64,000 nucleotides of DNA, from NCBI GenBank assembly GCA_030603385.1, contig JAUVXW010000007.1, positions 32,001 through 96,000 on the forward strand. Direction: 5' to 3'. Position 1 is the first letter of the stretch. Each line of letters starts with the position of its first letter. Below the pieces are notes generated by a model that ran no database searches, was not told where the DNA came from, and was given only the letters and a program-made list of their open reading frames with translations. This document shows positions 50,933-61,310 of the stretch, piece after piece. The translations under genes were made by a program, and so were the position numbers. Origin of the DNA: Promethearchaeota archaeon (lineage in GTDB: Archaea > Asgardarchaeota > Lokiarchaeia > Sigyniarchaeales > SOKP01).

Positions 50933-51436
50933 TTGATTGATAAAATTGAAGGTTATGCATATATTTTAGGAGATTATATCAACACAGATGATATTGTTCC
51001 AACTATTGCGTTAACCCTTAGAGATACCACTGAAATGGCTAAAAATACGCTGAAATACCTTCACCCGAACTTTGTAGGAATGGTAACAAAAAATAATATT
51101 ATTGTCGCTGGTGAAAATTTTGGAACAGGTAGTTCTAGGGAAGAAGCTGTTAACGTATTTAAAATTCTTGGAGTAAAAGCGATTATCGCAAAATCATTTG
51201 CTCGAATTTATTTTAGAAATTTGATTAATCTGGGCATTCCAGGAATTCAATTAAATTGGGATAAAAAAGATTTTTCTCAGGATGATCATTTAAAAATTAC
51301 ATTAAATAAGGGTCTTATATTTAACAAAACTAAAAATAAAGAAATAAATTTTAAGAAATTACCAGATTTTCTAACTAAAATATTAGAAGATGAAGGAATT
51401 TTAAATCAGTTAAAGAAGAAATTATTCAAAGGATAA
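50933..51436 (+). CDS. 3-isopropylmalate dehydratase/homoaconitase small subunit
   Basis: INTDDIVP, NFGTGSSRE, SFARIYFRN. Confidence 0.93.
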   Translation: MIDKIEGYAYILGDYINTDDIVPTIALTLRDTTEMAKNTLKYLHPNFVGMVTKNNIIVAGENFGTGSSREEAVNVFKILGVKAIIAKSFARIYFRNLINLGIPGIQLNWDKKDFSQDDHLKITLNKGLIFNKTKNKEINFKKLPDFLTKILEDEGILNQLKKKLFKG

Positions 51437-51438
51437 TG

Positions 51439-51975
51439 TCACATTAAACTTTCTATTTCTTTTTGGATTTCTTCAATACGTTTTCTAGATTTCAATAAAA
51501 TCTTACTTTTCCCATACTTTTGAAACCAACGATTAAATCTCTCTCTTATTGTAACTTCTCTTGTTCCAGCCATATGTTTATCTGCTAAACATATTATCTT
51601 TTCTTCTAATGATACTGGTAAAAAATCTTTTTCTGGCAGACCAAATCTCTTCGCATCTTCTACGTCTAAACCTCCCAAAATATGAGTTTCACAAATTTTA
51701 GCAAGTTTATCAGAAAAACCTCTGTCTCTTAAAATTTTTCCTCCGATTAGTGCATGTTTGAAGCCATGTGTTTTTGCTCTACCAATGTCATGTAGAAGTG
51801 CACCAATTTCAATTAGATTTTTATCTACTTCAACCTTAGTTATTTTATTTGCTATTTCTAAAGCTTTTTCTGCTACTTTTTCAGAATGCCGCCTAACTGA
51901 ATGCGGGATCTTTAATTTTTTAAGCAGATCGATTGCGTATTCACGATCTGGTAAAATTTCTTCTTTCTTAACCAT
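51439..51975 (-). CDS. HDIG/HD domain protein
   Basis: HS..VA, LLHDIG, EEKIICLADK. Confidence 0.9.
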   Translation of the reverse strand: MVKKEEILPDREYAIDLLKKLKIPHSVRRHSEKVAEKALEIANKITKVEVDKNLIEIGALLHDIGRAKTHGFKHALIGGKILRDRGFSDKLAKICETHILGGLDVEDAKRFGLPEKDFLPVSLEEKIICLADKHMAGTREVTIRERFNRWFQKYGKSKILLKSRKRIEEIQKEIESLM

Positions 51976-52125
51976 TATTTTTTATAATTAATTAATTATC
52001 TTTAAATTTTAGTTATTAACAAAAATTAACGTTTCAATAATTATTATCCCTATACCAATAGAGAATGAGAATTTACGCAAGAACACTTTATGAAAGAATA
52101 ATACTGAATTTTAATTAAGCATATC

Positions 52126-52614
52126 CTAATAGAATTCCTCAAAGGGCCCACTAATTAATCCTCCAATCGAACCTCCTATAAACGCCCCTAACAGACCACT
52201 TATAATTCCACCTAAAGTTTCAGATAATTGTGTGCCTTGGAATAATGCCATCAAATCCTCACCAGAAACTATGCTTAAAATTATCCATAATAATATATCA
52301 ACAACTACTACTAGTAAACCTGCTATTATCCCTCTTCGCAAACCTTTTGCAATTGTACCACTAATATATCCTATAAAAAGCCATGCTAAAAGTTGGGCTG
52401 CGAAGAAACCTGAGACAGTTAAAGATCCAGTAAAAAACGCTATTATATCAAATTTAAAATTTGCTCCTATCAATAGTGCAGTTGCTTTTAGCAAATCAGT
52501 ATCAGCATAAATTTCGATTTGGTTAAAGATACTTTCCATATTAAAGAAAAACACACTTAAAAAGCTTAAAATAATTCCTATAAGAATCCCAAAAATCAAA
52601 CGGTAGGAAGCCAT
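52126..52614 (-). CDS. Gly-rich membrane protein
   Basis: Four hydrophobic helices. Confidence 0.75.
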   Translation of the reverse strand: MASYRLIFGILIGIILSFLSVFFFNMESIFNQIEIYADTDLLKATALLIGANFKFDIIAFFTGSLTVSGFFAAQLLAWLFIGYISGTIAKGLRRGIIAGLLVVVVDILLWIILSIVSGEDLMALFQGTQLSETLGGIISGLLGAFIGGSIGGLISGPFEEFY

Positions 52615-52837
52615 TGTTTAAATCAGCATAAATTTATTTATAATATTATAATTATGATTGAATAATAATTAAAATCATTTTTGCTATATTAATTCTTAAG
52701 TTCTGAATTAATTAGAAAGTTTCTCTTAATAAAATATTAAAGTTAAGATGTATTTAATCAAATATTCATAACTTTTTGAGAATTTTGTTATGGATTAATA
52801 GATTTAATAAAAATATAAAATAAATAAGGCTACTATA

Positions 52838-53647
52838 TTGGCTAAGAAGAAGAAAAAGACTGAAGAAAAAAGTGAAAAGAAAGAAGAGACCTTAGAAGAT
52901 TTTGAAGAAGAATTGGAAGTAGATTTTAAAGAAGATTTAGATCTTGAAGAAGAACTCGAGTTATTAGATACTGAAGACATCGAAGCTGGAATTGAACTAA
53001 GAGAAGAATTAGTTGATAAAGATGAGGAAAGAAAACAACTTTATTTAAGTTGTGGTATACACATTGGTACAAAATTATTAACCGGTGATGCTAGAAGATT
53101 TATTTATAGACAGACTAACTATGGGTTATACGTTATTGACTTAACTAAAACAGACGAAAGATTAAATATAGCAGCGAAGTTCTTAAGCAAGTATATTGAG
53201 GAAGGGAGTGACAGAGTGATAGTTACTTCTATTAGAAGATATGGAAAAGAACCAGTCAAAAAATTCTGTGAAGTTTTAGGGTGTAAATGTATTATTACTC
53301 GATTTATACCCGGAAGTTTAACCAATCCGCTTATAGACACGTATATAAAGGACGCGAGTGTCGTTGTAATTGTTGATCCACATGCCGATAAAGTAATTTT
53401 AAGAGAAGCGAAATTAGCTCGAATTCCTGTAGTATCTCTTTTTGATACTGATGATACCCTTGATGGCATAGATCTAGCAATTCCTGCAAATAATCGTGGT
53501 AAAAAAGCACTGGGATTAGCCTTTTGGTTCTTAGCTAGACAAATATTGTTAGAATTAGGGAAAATCGCGAGTGAAGAAGAATTTCCTTATGCGCTCGAAG
53601 AGTTCACCTCAAAAATAGTGCCTGTATATAGGCAAGAACAAAAATAG
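52838..53647 (+). CDS. rps2: Ribosomal protein uS2 with acidic N-terminal extension
   Basis: GIHIGTK, RFIPGSLTNP, IPANNRGKKAL. Confidence 0.97.
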   Translation: MAKKKKKTEEKSEKKEETLEDFEEELEVDFKEDLDLEEELELLDTEDIEAGIELREELVDKDEERKQLYLSCGIHIGTKLLTGDARRFIYRQTNYGLYVIDLTKTDERLNIAAKFLSKYIEEGSDRVIVTSIRRYGKEPVKKFCEVLGCKCIITRFIPGSLTNPLIDTYIKDASVVVIVDPHADKVILREAKLARIPVVSLFDTDDTLDGIDLAIPANNRGKKALGLAFWFLARQILLELGKIASEEEFPYALEEFTSKIVPVYRQEQK

Positions 53648-53901
53648 CCTGACCAATATATCTCATTTTTATTCCTTATTTAACACCCAAAATGTTAGGA
53701 AGTTTAGAGATATTGTTAAGAAAATCTCTTACTTGAGATCGACTGAAAAATCAAAAATTCTATTAATTATTAATTTCCCTGTTAAACAAGTTAATTTTTC
53801 TTATTAGAAAACATTTTAATCTTTTTAATTATTTATAATAAATTTTTAATCTTAAATCAATTAACTAACATAGTAATCAATTACAAATTTTAAGTGATTT
53901 A

Positions 53902-54678
53902 TTGAAAAAAATTATCTCATTTTCTGGAAAGGGTGGAGTTGGTAAATCTACTCTCCTCGTCTTAATGCTCAAATATCTACTTGAAAAATTTGATAATCTC
54001 GATATCTTAGTGATTGACGCCGATCCTGACGCAAACATCGGAGATCTCATCGGCAAAGAAATCCATTTTAAAGAAACTGTCAGCGGAAAAATGACGATCC
54101 TAAAGGATAAAATTCAGAAACGACAAATACCCCTCGACGTCTCGAAAGATCAAATCATCGAATCTGAAGTGTTTGAAGCCTTAATCGAGATGGATGACTT
54201 CGATATTTTAGAAATGGGGCGGGGGGAGGGTAGTGGTTGTTATTGTAGCGTGAATAACACCCTGAAACGCATTATTGACATATTATCCAAGAATTATGAT
54301 ATTGTCCTCATCGATTCCCCTGCAGGATTGGAACATTTCGCTCGAAAGACGGGTCGCAACGTTACTGATCTCATTATTGTGACTGATCCAAGCAAAATGG
54401 GGTTCCATACTATGGAACGAATAATTGAAGTAAGCAAAGAAGTAAACCTTCTCTTCGAAAATATCCTTATTGTTGGAAATAGATTTCCAGAAGACCTGAA
54501 AAACCTCTTAACTGAACGTGTGGAAAATATTAAGGAAAGAAACGTAAGATTTTTAGGATTATTGCCGAATGATGATGAAATCAGTAAAATGAATCTTGTT
54601 GGGGAAAATTTGTTACAACTACCCAGTGAGAGCAAGACATATAAAACAGCAAAAGAGCTATTTTCTGCCATTATTTAG
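53902..54678 (+). CDS. cooC: CooC/AcsF-type nickel-insertion ATPase
   Basis: GKGGVGKST, IDADPD, GCYC, AGLEHF.R. Confidence 0.9.
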   Translation: MKKIISFSGKGGVGKSTLLVLMLKYLLEKFDNLDILVIDADPDANIGDLIGKEIHFKETVSGKMTILKDKIQKRQIPLDVSKDQIIESEVFEALIEMDDFDILEMGRGEGSGCYCSVNNTLKRIIDILSKNYDIVLIDSPAGLEHFARKTGRNVTDLIIVTDPSKMGFHTMERIIEVSKEVNLLFENILIVGNRFPEDLKNLLTERVENIKERNVRFLGLLPNDDEISKMNLVGENLLQLPSESKTYKTAKELFSAII

Positions 54679-54933
54679 GTTTAAAAAAAATTATGAAAAA
54701 GCAGTTAAATCTAAGTTTTCCTGCTTGAATGTTATCCAGTCGTATTTCTGTGAGTTTCTAACTTCCTTTCCTGTTATTTTCTTGTAATTTATTCTGATAT
54801 ATTCCTGAAACTCATCGTAATCTATTGTATGAGGAATTTAATTAAATACGATTAAGTAGGAAATTGACAAAATATTCATAGATCACTATTCTGAAATTGA
54901 ATTAGAAAAATATGAATATATCAATTTCTCAAG

Positions 54934-55437
54934 TTAATACAAAATGAAATTATTTCTCTTCAAACAACGGATTAAGGAACTCTTGACCTCATCATTTTTA
55001 TATAGACTGACAGCTTTTTGGGACTTTAAAATCGAATTGATACTTTTTTCTTTACATATCTGTTCAGAAATTCCTTCTATCCATAACTCAAGGATGTTGA
55101 TATTATCCAAAATGTTATAAAGATACTCTTTTTTAGAAATGTTGATTTGTTTTTTAAAAAGAACAGAGATCATCAAATCGTGACATCCCCCTCGAGCTTT
55201 TTTGTCTCCTATTGCAAAACAATGATTCAAAGAGACCGTTTTATCATGTTGTACATAACAATGGCTGAATGTGTCTCCATCTGTATGGAATTCCATCAAA
55301 TTTGTAATCTCATTTTCTGGGATGCCAATTCCTTTTTCTGGGATTCCAATTCCAAATTTGATCAACACAATTGGTCCAATTTTGATGTCAAAATAAGAAA
55401 TAACCATTTCATATGGTAAATCTATAATTTCAATCAC
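54934..55437 (-). CDS. uDENN/longin-like protein
   Basis: SYFD.KIGP and D.KARGG motifs. Confidence 0.65.
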   Translation of the reverse strand: MIEIIDLPYEMVISYFDIKIGPIVLIKFGIGIPEKGIGIPENEITNLMEFHTDGDTFSHCYVQHDKTVSLNHCFAIGDKKARGGCHDLMISVLFKKQINISKKEYLYNILDNINILELWIEGISEQICKEKSINSILKSQKAVSLYKNDEVKSSLIRCLKRNNFILY

Positions 55438-55600
55438 TTTTAACCTAATCTCGTTTTATTAATTATTTTCTAATAAGAAATACTTCATTTTTTTATATTT
55501 TTAATTAATTTTTGTAAAAATTCGTAAAGGATAATTTGAGCAGAAAAAATGGCATCTTTACTCATATTTTTTTCTATATGGTTTCTTTAGAGGAGCTTAA

Positions 55601-56134
55601 TCAATGAACAAAAGTTCCTATAATTTCCCGAATTCTGTCGATATAATAGAAACTTTGATTAATAATATGTTTTAAATCAACAGAATCATAAAATGCAATT
55701 GTTAAAATAGCTGCTTTTCCTGCCCATACACAAATTATTTTACCTTTTGCAGAATTGACAAAAATTGATTGTAAATCTCCATGTTCACATTCAATTCCAA
55801 CACGTTCACTTAGTGATATTATTGCTGTTGTCATTGCCGCAACATGCATTTCATCCCAATCAGCTTCTGGATTAAAAACAATTGGAATACCGCCAACACC
55901 TATTAAGGATACATTTCTTACTCCTTCAATCAACTTCAGCATCTTTAAACAGGGGTAAATTTGTTCTTCTAATTTCTTATCAGTGTTAGTAGAAACTTCT
56001 TTAGACCACCTTGCTAGTGTTGTTTGACTCACATTAAACTTATTTTCGGTTTCATAATATGTATGATCTTTTAAAAATTCCAATATATTTTGCTTTTCTT
56101 CATTTGAATATCGTTTTCCTTGCATTTTGATCAC
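55601..56134 (-). CDS. HTH-roadblock fusion
   Basis: KRYSNEEKQNIL...FNVSQTTLARW HTH, then VAAMTTAIISLSER...GDL..I.V....G roadblock. Confidence 0.8.
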   Translation of the reverse strand: MIKMQGKRYSNEEKQNILEFLKDHTYYETENKFNVSQTTLARWSKEVSTNTDKKLEEQIYPCLKMLKLIEGVRNVSLIGVGGIPIVFNPEADWDEMHVAAMTTAIISLSERVGIECEHGDLQSIFVNSAKGKIICVWAGKAAILTIAFYDSVDLKHIINQSFYYIDRIREIIGTFVH

Positions 56135-56388
56135 TATGAATAATAAAGAAGTATTAGTATATAAATCTATCTAAGTGTAGTTTAGAGATAGAGTGTTAGT
56201 AAGTATTAGTAAACCGATTTAAAAAATTAAAAATAGTGTTAGTCATTAACAATTTACGCTTAAAAAATCTAGACATTGTATCTACACAAAAATTTTGATT
56301 CCTTAACTGAAGAAAATATGTTAGATCTACAAAAAGATAATTCTTCTTATAAGGAAGCAAGAGAAATATTCGTAAAAATTATATGAAA

Positions 56389-57051
56389 TTAAATAAAATC
56401 ACTAATCCTTTTATTTCGAAAGCGTTTTTCTACTCCGCCTCTCATCCCAGGTAATTCAAAACACTTATCTGGAATCATCTTTTTATAGTAAGGTTGGTTC
56501 TCTCGTTCAGAAATAAACTGTGAATTATATAATGTCTCGAAGATTTGTTCACCAGAAAATTGGATATCATCGAAATATGGAATAAGAGGATGATTTTTAC
56601 TTACTTCTTCGACTACTGTTTTTAAAGGACTGTCAATCTCACGAATTTTCCCTCCTTCATCCATTGTCGAAGTTTTATGGTTATGTTCATTATATAGACA
56701 GACTATACAATCTGGCCATCTCTTATGGAAATAACCCAAGACACGGTCCATCACCTTATGTTTGAGGGATACTATTCCAAATAAAACCCCCCTATTATTG
56801 ATTTCTGTACGAGTAAATTGTATCGCTCGATAGGTTTCTTTAGAAATCTCACGCATCATACGATTAATCTTTTTTGCGATTAGAGTACCAGAATTACGTA
56901 AGATTACCTCTGGAATTTTATTAATCTGTTGGATAAGAGCAGGATAAAAGTTACAATGGCGGGGAAGATTATGAATTAATTCCTCACGTGAATGACCTCT
57001 AGCACACCCAACGACTTCCAGTGGATCTTTCTCCTTAATTAATTTTCTCAA
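56389..57051 (-). CDS. DUF4130-like DNA metabolism protein, partner of the radical SAM gene
   Basis: Overlaps the stop of the radical SAM gene; YF.KRWP and LY.SQ.I.ER.N pattern. Confidence 0.7.
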   Translation of the reverse strand: MRKLIKEKDPLEVVGCARGHSREELIHNLPRHCNFYPALIQQINKIPEVILRNSGTLIAKKINRMMREISKETYRAIQFTRTEINNRGVLFGIVSLKHKVMDRVLGYFHKRWPDCIVCLYNEHNHKTSTMDEGGKIREIDSPLKTVVEEVSKNHPLIPYFDDIQFSGEQIFETLYNSQFISERENQPYYKKMIPDKCFELPGMRGGVEKRFRNKRISDFI

Positions 57052-58376
57052 ACGATTTCCCTCTGTGAAACATTATCATTAATTATGTCGAAATACTTAT
57101 TTAAAGTCGTTTGATTATGTCCATTTATCAGGAGGTAAGGTTCAGCTCGTTTTAATACCACACCAACAGATTTAAGATCTTGCCGACGTTTAAATACAAA
57201 TTTCTTTGCTCGTAAATTTATTATACGTTTAGCAGATATAGGTCCAATTCCAGGAACAAGTAACAACTCTCGGTAAGAGGCCTGATTGGGATCTACAGGA
57301 TTACGATCTTTAAAATATTCACTTGCTAAATGCATTTTCGGGTCTCCTTTAGGTAAATTACCTTCTTCGTTAAATATTTCTTCCAAATCTTTTAATTTAT
57401 AATGGTAAATTCTTAATAGCCAATCACTTTGATATAGCCGATGTTCTCTTGCTAGTGAGGCTGCTTGTTTACCGGCTAGCGGTGTTCCTTCGATTGGAAT
57501 AAATGAAGAGAAATAAGCTCGCCTTAAATCAATTTCTCGGTATCCCCAATCGATTCTCTTAAGTAGGTCATAATCACTTTCATTTTCTGCAGCTCCCACT
57601 ACAAATTGGGTTGTCTGTCCACTATTGAGAATTGGAGCCTCATCCCATCGAAATTTTTTATAGCCATTTTCTCTTCGATCCTTAATCATTTTTTCTTGGT
57701 ATCTCAATTTGTAGTCTTGCTCAATATCTCTCAGTTCTTTAAGAGCTTGGTCATTATGTTTGATCCTAATCTGTTTTAACCAGCGTTGACGTGTTATAAT
57801 GTCATTATTAAAATCTTTTTGTTCTGCAATTTCTGCAAGATAATCTTTAGAAGAAGCTTCTGTATTGATTGAAATACGATCGGAAAGAGATATTGCTTCT
57901 TTAAGGAGATATTGACTTACACCAGGTAAACACTTAAAATGTACATATCCTCGAAAATTATATTTAAATCGAAGTAATCGAATTGCTTCTAACATTTCTT
58001 CGGTAGTTTTATCAGCACTACCACAAACAGCTGATGAAATAAATACTCCTTCTACAACATTCATCGAATAAAGTTTCATAAATGTACGAGCGTATTCTTC
58101 TGGAGTAAAACTCATCTTTCGCTTACAACTATGTGTAAAACAGTACTTACAATTATAAATACATTTGTTAGTATATAGAGTCTTGAAAAGACTCATACAC
58201 CGTCCATCAGGAGTATAACTGTGGCAAATTCCAGCGCTTGCTGTATTCCCAATCCAACTTTTTGTATCTCCAAAAAGTTTTGGATATTTATCGGTACGAC
58301 TAGAAGCCGTACTAGCACAAATATCATATTTAGAATTTTCTCCCAAAACACGAATCTTTTCTAAAGTTGACGGCAC
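57048..58376 (-). CDS. Putative DNA modification/repair radical SAM protein with HhH
   Basis: KYDICAS, GICHSYTPDGRC, CIYNCKYC, REHRLYQSDWLLR, VPGIGP. Confidence 0.92.
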   Translation of the reverse strand: MPSTLEKIRVLGENSKYDICASTASSRTDKYPKLFGDTKSWIGNTASAGICHSYTPDGRCMSLFKTLYTNKCIYNCKYCFTHSCKRKMSFTPEEYARTFMKLYSMNVVEGVFISSAVCGSADKTTEEMLEAIRLLRFKYNFRGYVHFKCLPGVSQYLLKEAISLSDRISINTEASSKDYLAEIAEQKDFNNDIITRQRWLKQIRIKHNDQALKELRDIEQDYKLRYQEKMIKDRRENGYKKFRWDEAPILNSGQTTQFVVGAAENESDYDLLKRIDWGYREIDLRRAYFSSFIPIEGTPLAGKQAASLAREHRLYQSDWLLRIYHYKLKDLEEIFNEEGNLPKGDPKMHLASEYFKDRNPVDPNQASYRELLLVPGIGPISAKRIINLRAKKFVFKRRQDLKSVGVVLKRAEPYLLINGHNQTTLNKYFDIINDNVSQREIV

Positions 58377-58578
58377 TTCTCTGTCAGCTAAATGGAATAG
58401 TATTCATTAATTTTGTTATAAGTCAATTTTTGATGATTACTTTATAAAAAGGAGGGGGCATATGGAATTTTCAAAATAACTTTAATGATCAATGTTTTGT
58501 TTATAAACAAACTTAAATCTATTTTTAGTTTATTCAAATTATATTCAATAAAAACTTATAAATAAGTCGGAATTAAGG

Positions 58579-60405
58579 ATGCAGAAGTATACGGGTGGAG
58601 AAATAATCTCCAAATATCTGATCAAAGAAGGAGTAAAATATGTTATCGGAATTTCGGGGCATGGAAACCTCCCTCTCGTCGATGCTTTCTTCAAAGATCA
58701 AGATAAGCTTACTTTAATTCAGCCGAAACAAGAAATGAGTGGTGTACATATAGCTATAGGTTATTATAGAATCACAGGGAAACCTTTAACAGTTTTTACT
58801 TCAATAGGACCAGGAGCAATTAATACTGCCATCGGAATTGCAGATGCATACGTGGATAGTATGCCTGTTTTAGTTCTTACAGGCGATACACACGTACATA
58901 TGAGAGGTAAAGGTGTTTTACAAGAAATTGAACGGAAAAGGGACTCAGATATGCTAAGAATTCTTGAACCAATCGTTAAACGAAGTTTTCAGGTTGATAC
59001 AGTAGGTCAATTACCCTCAATAATGCAACGAGCATTTAATCAAATGATGACGGGACGAAAAGGTCCAATTCATATAGATCTCCCTATAGATGTTCAATCA
59101 TATGCTATAAGTACTGAAATCCCTAATCCTATTAAACACAAATCTCAAGGGAGAATTTTCGGTGATCCTGAATTAATTACTAATGTTGCTATCCTCTTAA
59201 AAGAAGCTAAAAGACCTGTTTTACTATTAGGCGGTGGAGTTGTTTCGTCTGAAGCATTTAAAGAGGTTAAGAGCTTAGCTGAAAAGATTGGAGCTGGTGT
59301 CGTAGCTACGATGATGGCGAAAGATGCATTTCCAAATGATCATCCTCTTTTTTGTTGGGCTACTGGAAGCAAAGGAACTACTATTGGTTTAAAGATCACA
59401 TCCACTGCAGATTTAATACTTGCGATTGGTTGTAGATTTGCTGACGAAACAGCAAGTTCCTATAAAGATGGAGTAAGTTTTTCAATTCCACCCACAAAAT
59501 TAATACAGATTGATATTGATCAACATGAGATAGGTAAAAATTATCCTGTTGAACTTGGAATAACAGGTGATGCTAAAGCATGTTTAAGGCAAATTATTGA
59601 CGAACTAGGTGATTACAAAGAAGAATATGAAAAAACCGATTATTTCAAAGAAATCCAAGAAGAAAAGAAAAAATGGTTCGAAATTTTAAAAGAACATAGA
59701 AATAATAATAATAATAATCTCCCAAATCTTATGATTTCAACAGTTTTACAAGAAATTCGGCAGTTTTTCGATAGAGATACGATTTTTATTACTAGTTCTG
59801 GAAACGTTCAAGCTCAAATGATACAAGAATTGGAATTCTACGAACCAAAAACATGTATCACGGCGGGTGGTTTTTCAACTATGGGATATAGTGTCCCAGC
59901 GGGAATAGGAGCAAAATTAGGGTCAATTGATGTTGGAAAACCTGATCGTCAAGTGGTATCTCTTGTAGGTGATGGAGACTTTATGATGACAATTTCAGAG
60001 TTATCGGTTGCTGTCCAATTAGGATTGAAAAATATATTCTTTATTGTATTGAATAATTATGGGTGGATTGCAATCAAAGACCTTCAACAAGCCGCATTTG
60101 GTGAAGATCGAGGTTATGGTACAGCATTTGAAGATAAAGATGGAAATCCTTATTCACCTGATTTTGCCAAAATCGCTGAAGGTTTTGGTTGTTATGCTGA
60201 AAAAATCTTTGAGAAAAAAGAAATTATACCAGCTTTAGAGAGGGCAAGTAAATCAAACAAACCGGCGGTTATAGAGATTTTAGTTAATAGAACTTTTCCT
60301 TTTACAGGTTCACCAGCATTTGGTTGGTGGGACGTTCCAATACCCGAATATTTAGAAGATAGAAGAAGGAAATACGAAGAGGAGATTAAAGGAGAAAAAC
60401 TATGA
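58579..60405 (+). CDS. ThDP-dependent enzyme (acetolactate synthase-like)
   Basis: GHGN, SIGPGA.N, GDGDF...NN. Confidence 0.92.
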   Translation: MQKYTGGEIISKYLIKEGVKYVIGISGHGNLPLVDAFFKDQDKLTLIQPKQEMSGVHIAIGYYRITGKPLTVFTSIGPGAINTAIGIADAYVDSMPVLVLTGDTHVHMRGKGVLQEIERKRDSDMLRILEPIVKRSFQVDTVGQLPSIMQRAFNQMMTGRKGPIHIDLPIDVQSYAISTEIPNPIKHKSQGRIFGDPELITNVAILLKEAKRPVLLLGGGVVSSEAFKEVKSLAEKIGAGVVATMMAKDAFPNDHPLFCWATGSKGTTIGLKITSTADLILAIGCRFADETASSYKDGVSFSIPPTKLIQIDIDQHEIGKNYPVELGITGDAKACLRQIIDELGDYKEEYEKTDYFKEIQEEKKKWFEILKEHRNNNNNNLPNLMISTVLQEIRQFFDRDTIFITSSGNVQAQMIQELEFYEPKTCITAGGFSTMGYSVPAGIGAKLGSIDVGKPDRQVVSLVGDGDFMMTISELSVAVQLGLKNIFFIVLNNYGWIAIKDLQQAAFGEDRGYGTAFEDKDGNPYSPDFAKIAEGFGCYAEKIFEKKEIIPALERASKSNKPAVIEILVNRTFPFTGSPAFGWWDVPIPEYLEDRRRKYEEEIKGEKL

Positions 60406-60429
60406 TGGTCAATTCGGAGAATAATATCA

Positions 60430-61272
60430 TTATAAATTTATGAATTCTAAAAAGATATCAATTAAATCTTGAAGAACTAAAGCCTTTGCGATATCTCCTT
60501 CTATAATTATCTTTCCCTCCATATAGGCAGACACAGGATTACCATTTATTAGTAATTCTGCAGAAGTTTTAAGGTTCATTTCTAAAATTAAATTAGGATT
60601 AGGTGCCTCTCCTTTGGACCATCCCATTCTATTATTGGCTATACGGATAATATAATTATCAAGATCAGTGATTTTCATTTGAATACTTAAATCTTCTTCT
60701 GAGATTATTTCTTTAGCTTCAGGATTGTTATTTACAAAAACTGTTAAAACCTCAAAAAAGAGGGGAACTTGTGATGGTTTGACATTAGATGGTCCCTTTA
60801 AATACACATTTATGAGATCTTTCATTGAATTGGCATCAATCACTCCTTTTTTATCTTGGTTGTCATTAACTTCTAATAATTCAAAAGCCAACTCTAAGAT
60901 TTCAATAAATATAATTACCTTAAGTATTTCCCCTTCAATTTTAAAAAATTCAGAGAAATAGGCGTCTAGAGGATCTACATGGCCAAGTAATAAATTAGAA
61001 ATCGTTTTTAGATTTGATTTTATAATAAAATCTGGAGATTTTAAAGTACCTTTATTAAATTCGGCATTTTTATCTTCTATAATAAGATGATATGGTTCAG
61101 CATCTTTAATTTTCACTATCATCTTTAGTTTATATCCTTCAATAAGTTTTTGAGCCTCCGGATTAGTATTGATAAAATCACAGAGTGTTTGAAATATAAC
61201 AGGAATATCGTCAATGCTAACGGCTTCAGCGCCTTTTTGTCTAATCTCAATTAACCTTTTAATGTTTTCCAT
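60430..61272 (-). CDS. Tandem SCP2 lipid-binding domain protein
   Basis: Two repeats ending DP..AY...KIEG and NPVSAYMEGKI.IEGD. Confidence 0.85.
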   Translation of the reverse strand: MENIKRLIEIRQKGAEAVSIDDIPVIFQTLCDFINTNPEAQKLIEGYKLKMIVKIKDAEPYHLIIEDKNAEFNKGTLKSPDFIIKSNLKTISNLLLGHVDPLDAYFSEFFKIEGEILKVIIFIEILELAFELLEVNDNQDKKGVIDANSMKDLINVYLKGPSNVKPSQVPLFFEVLTVFVNNNPEAKEIISEEDLSIQMKITDLDNYIIRIANNRMGWSKGEAPNPNLILEMNLKTSAELLINGNPVSAYMEGKIIIEGDIAKALVLQDLIDIFLEFINL

Positions 61273-61310
61273 TTTATATTGTTTTCAAATTTTTTAATTT
61301 ATTACATTAA

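Noticed and set aside
59701-59718. (AAT)6 microsatellite giving poly-Asn
   Set aside because: In-frame loop expansion with no evidence of phase variation.
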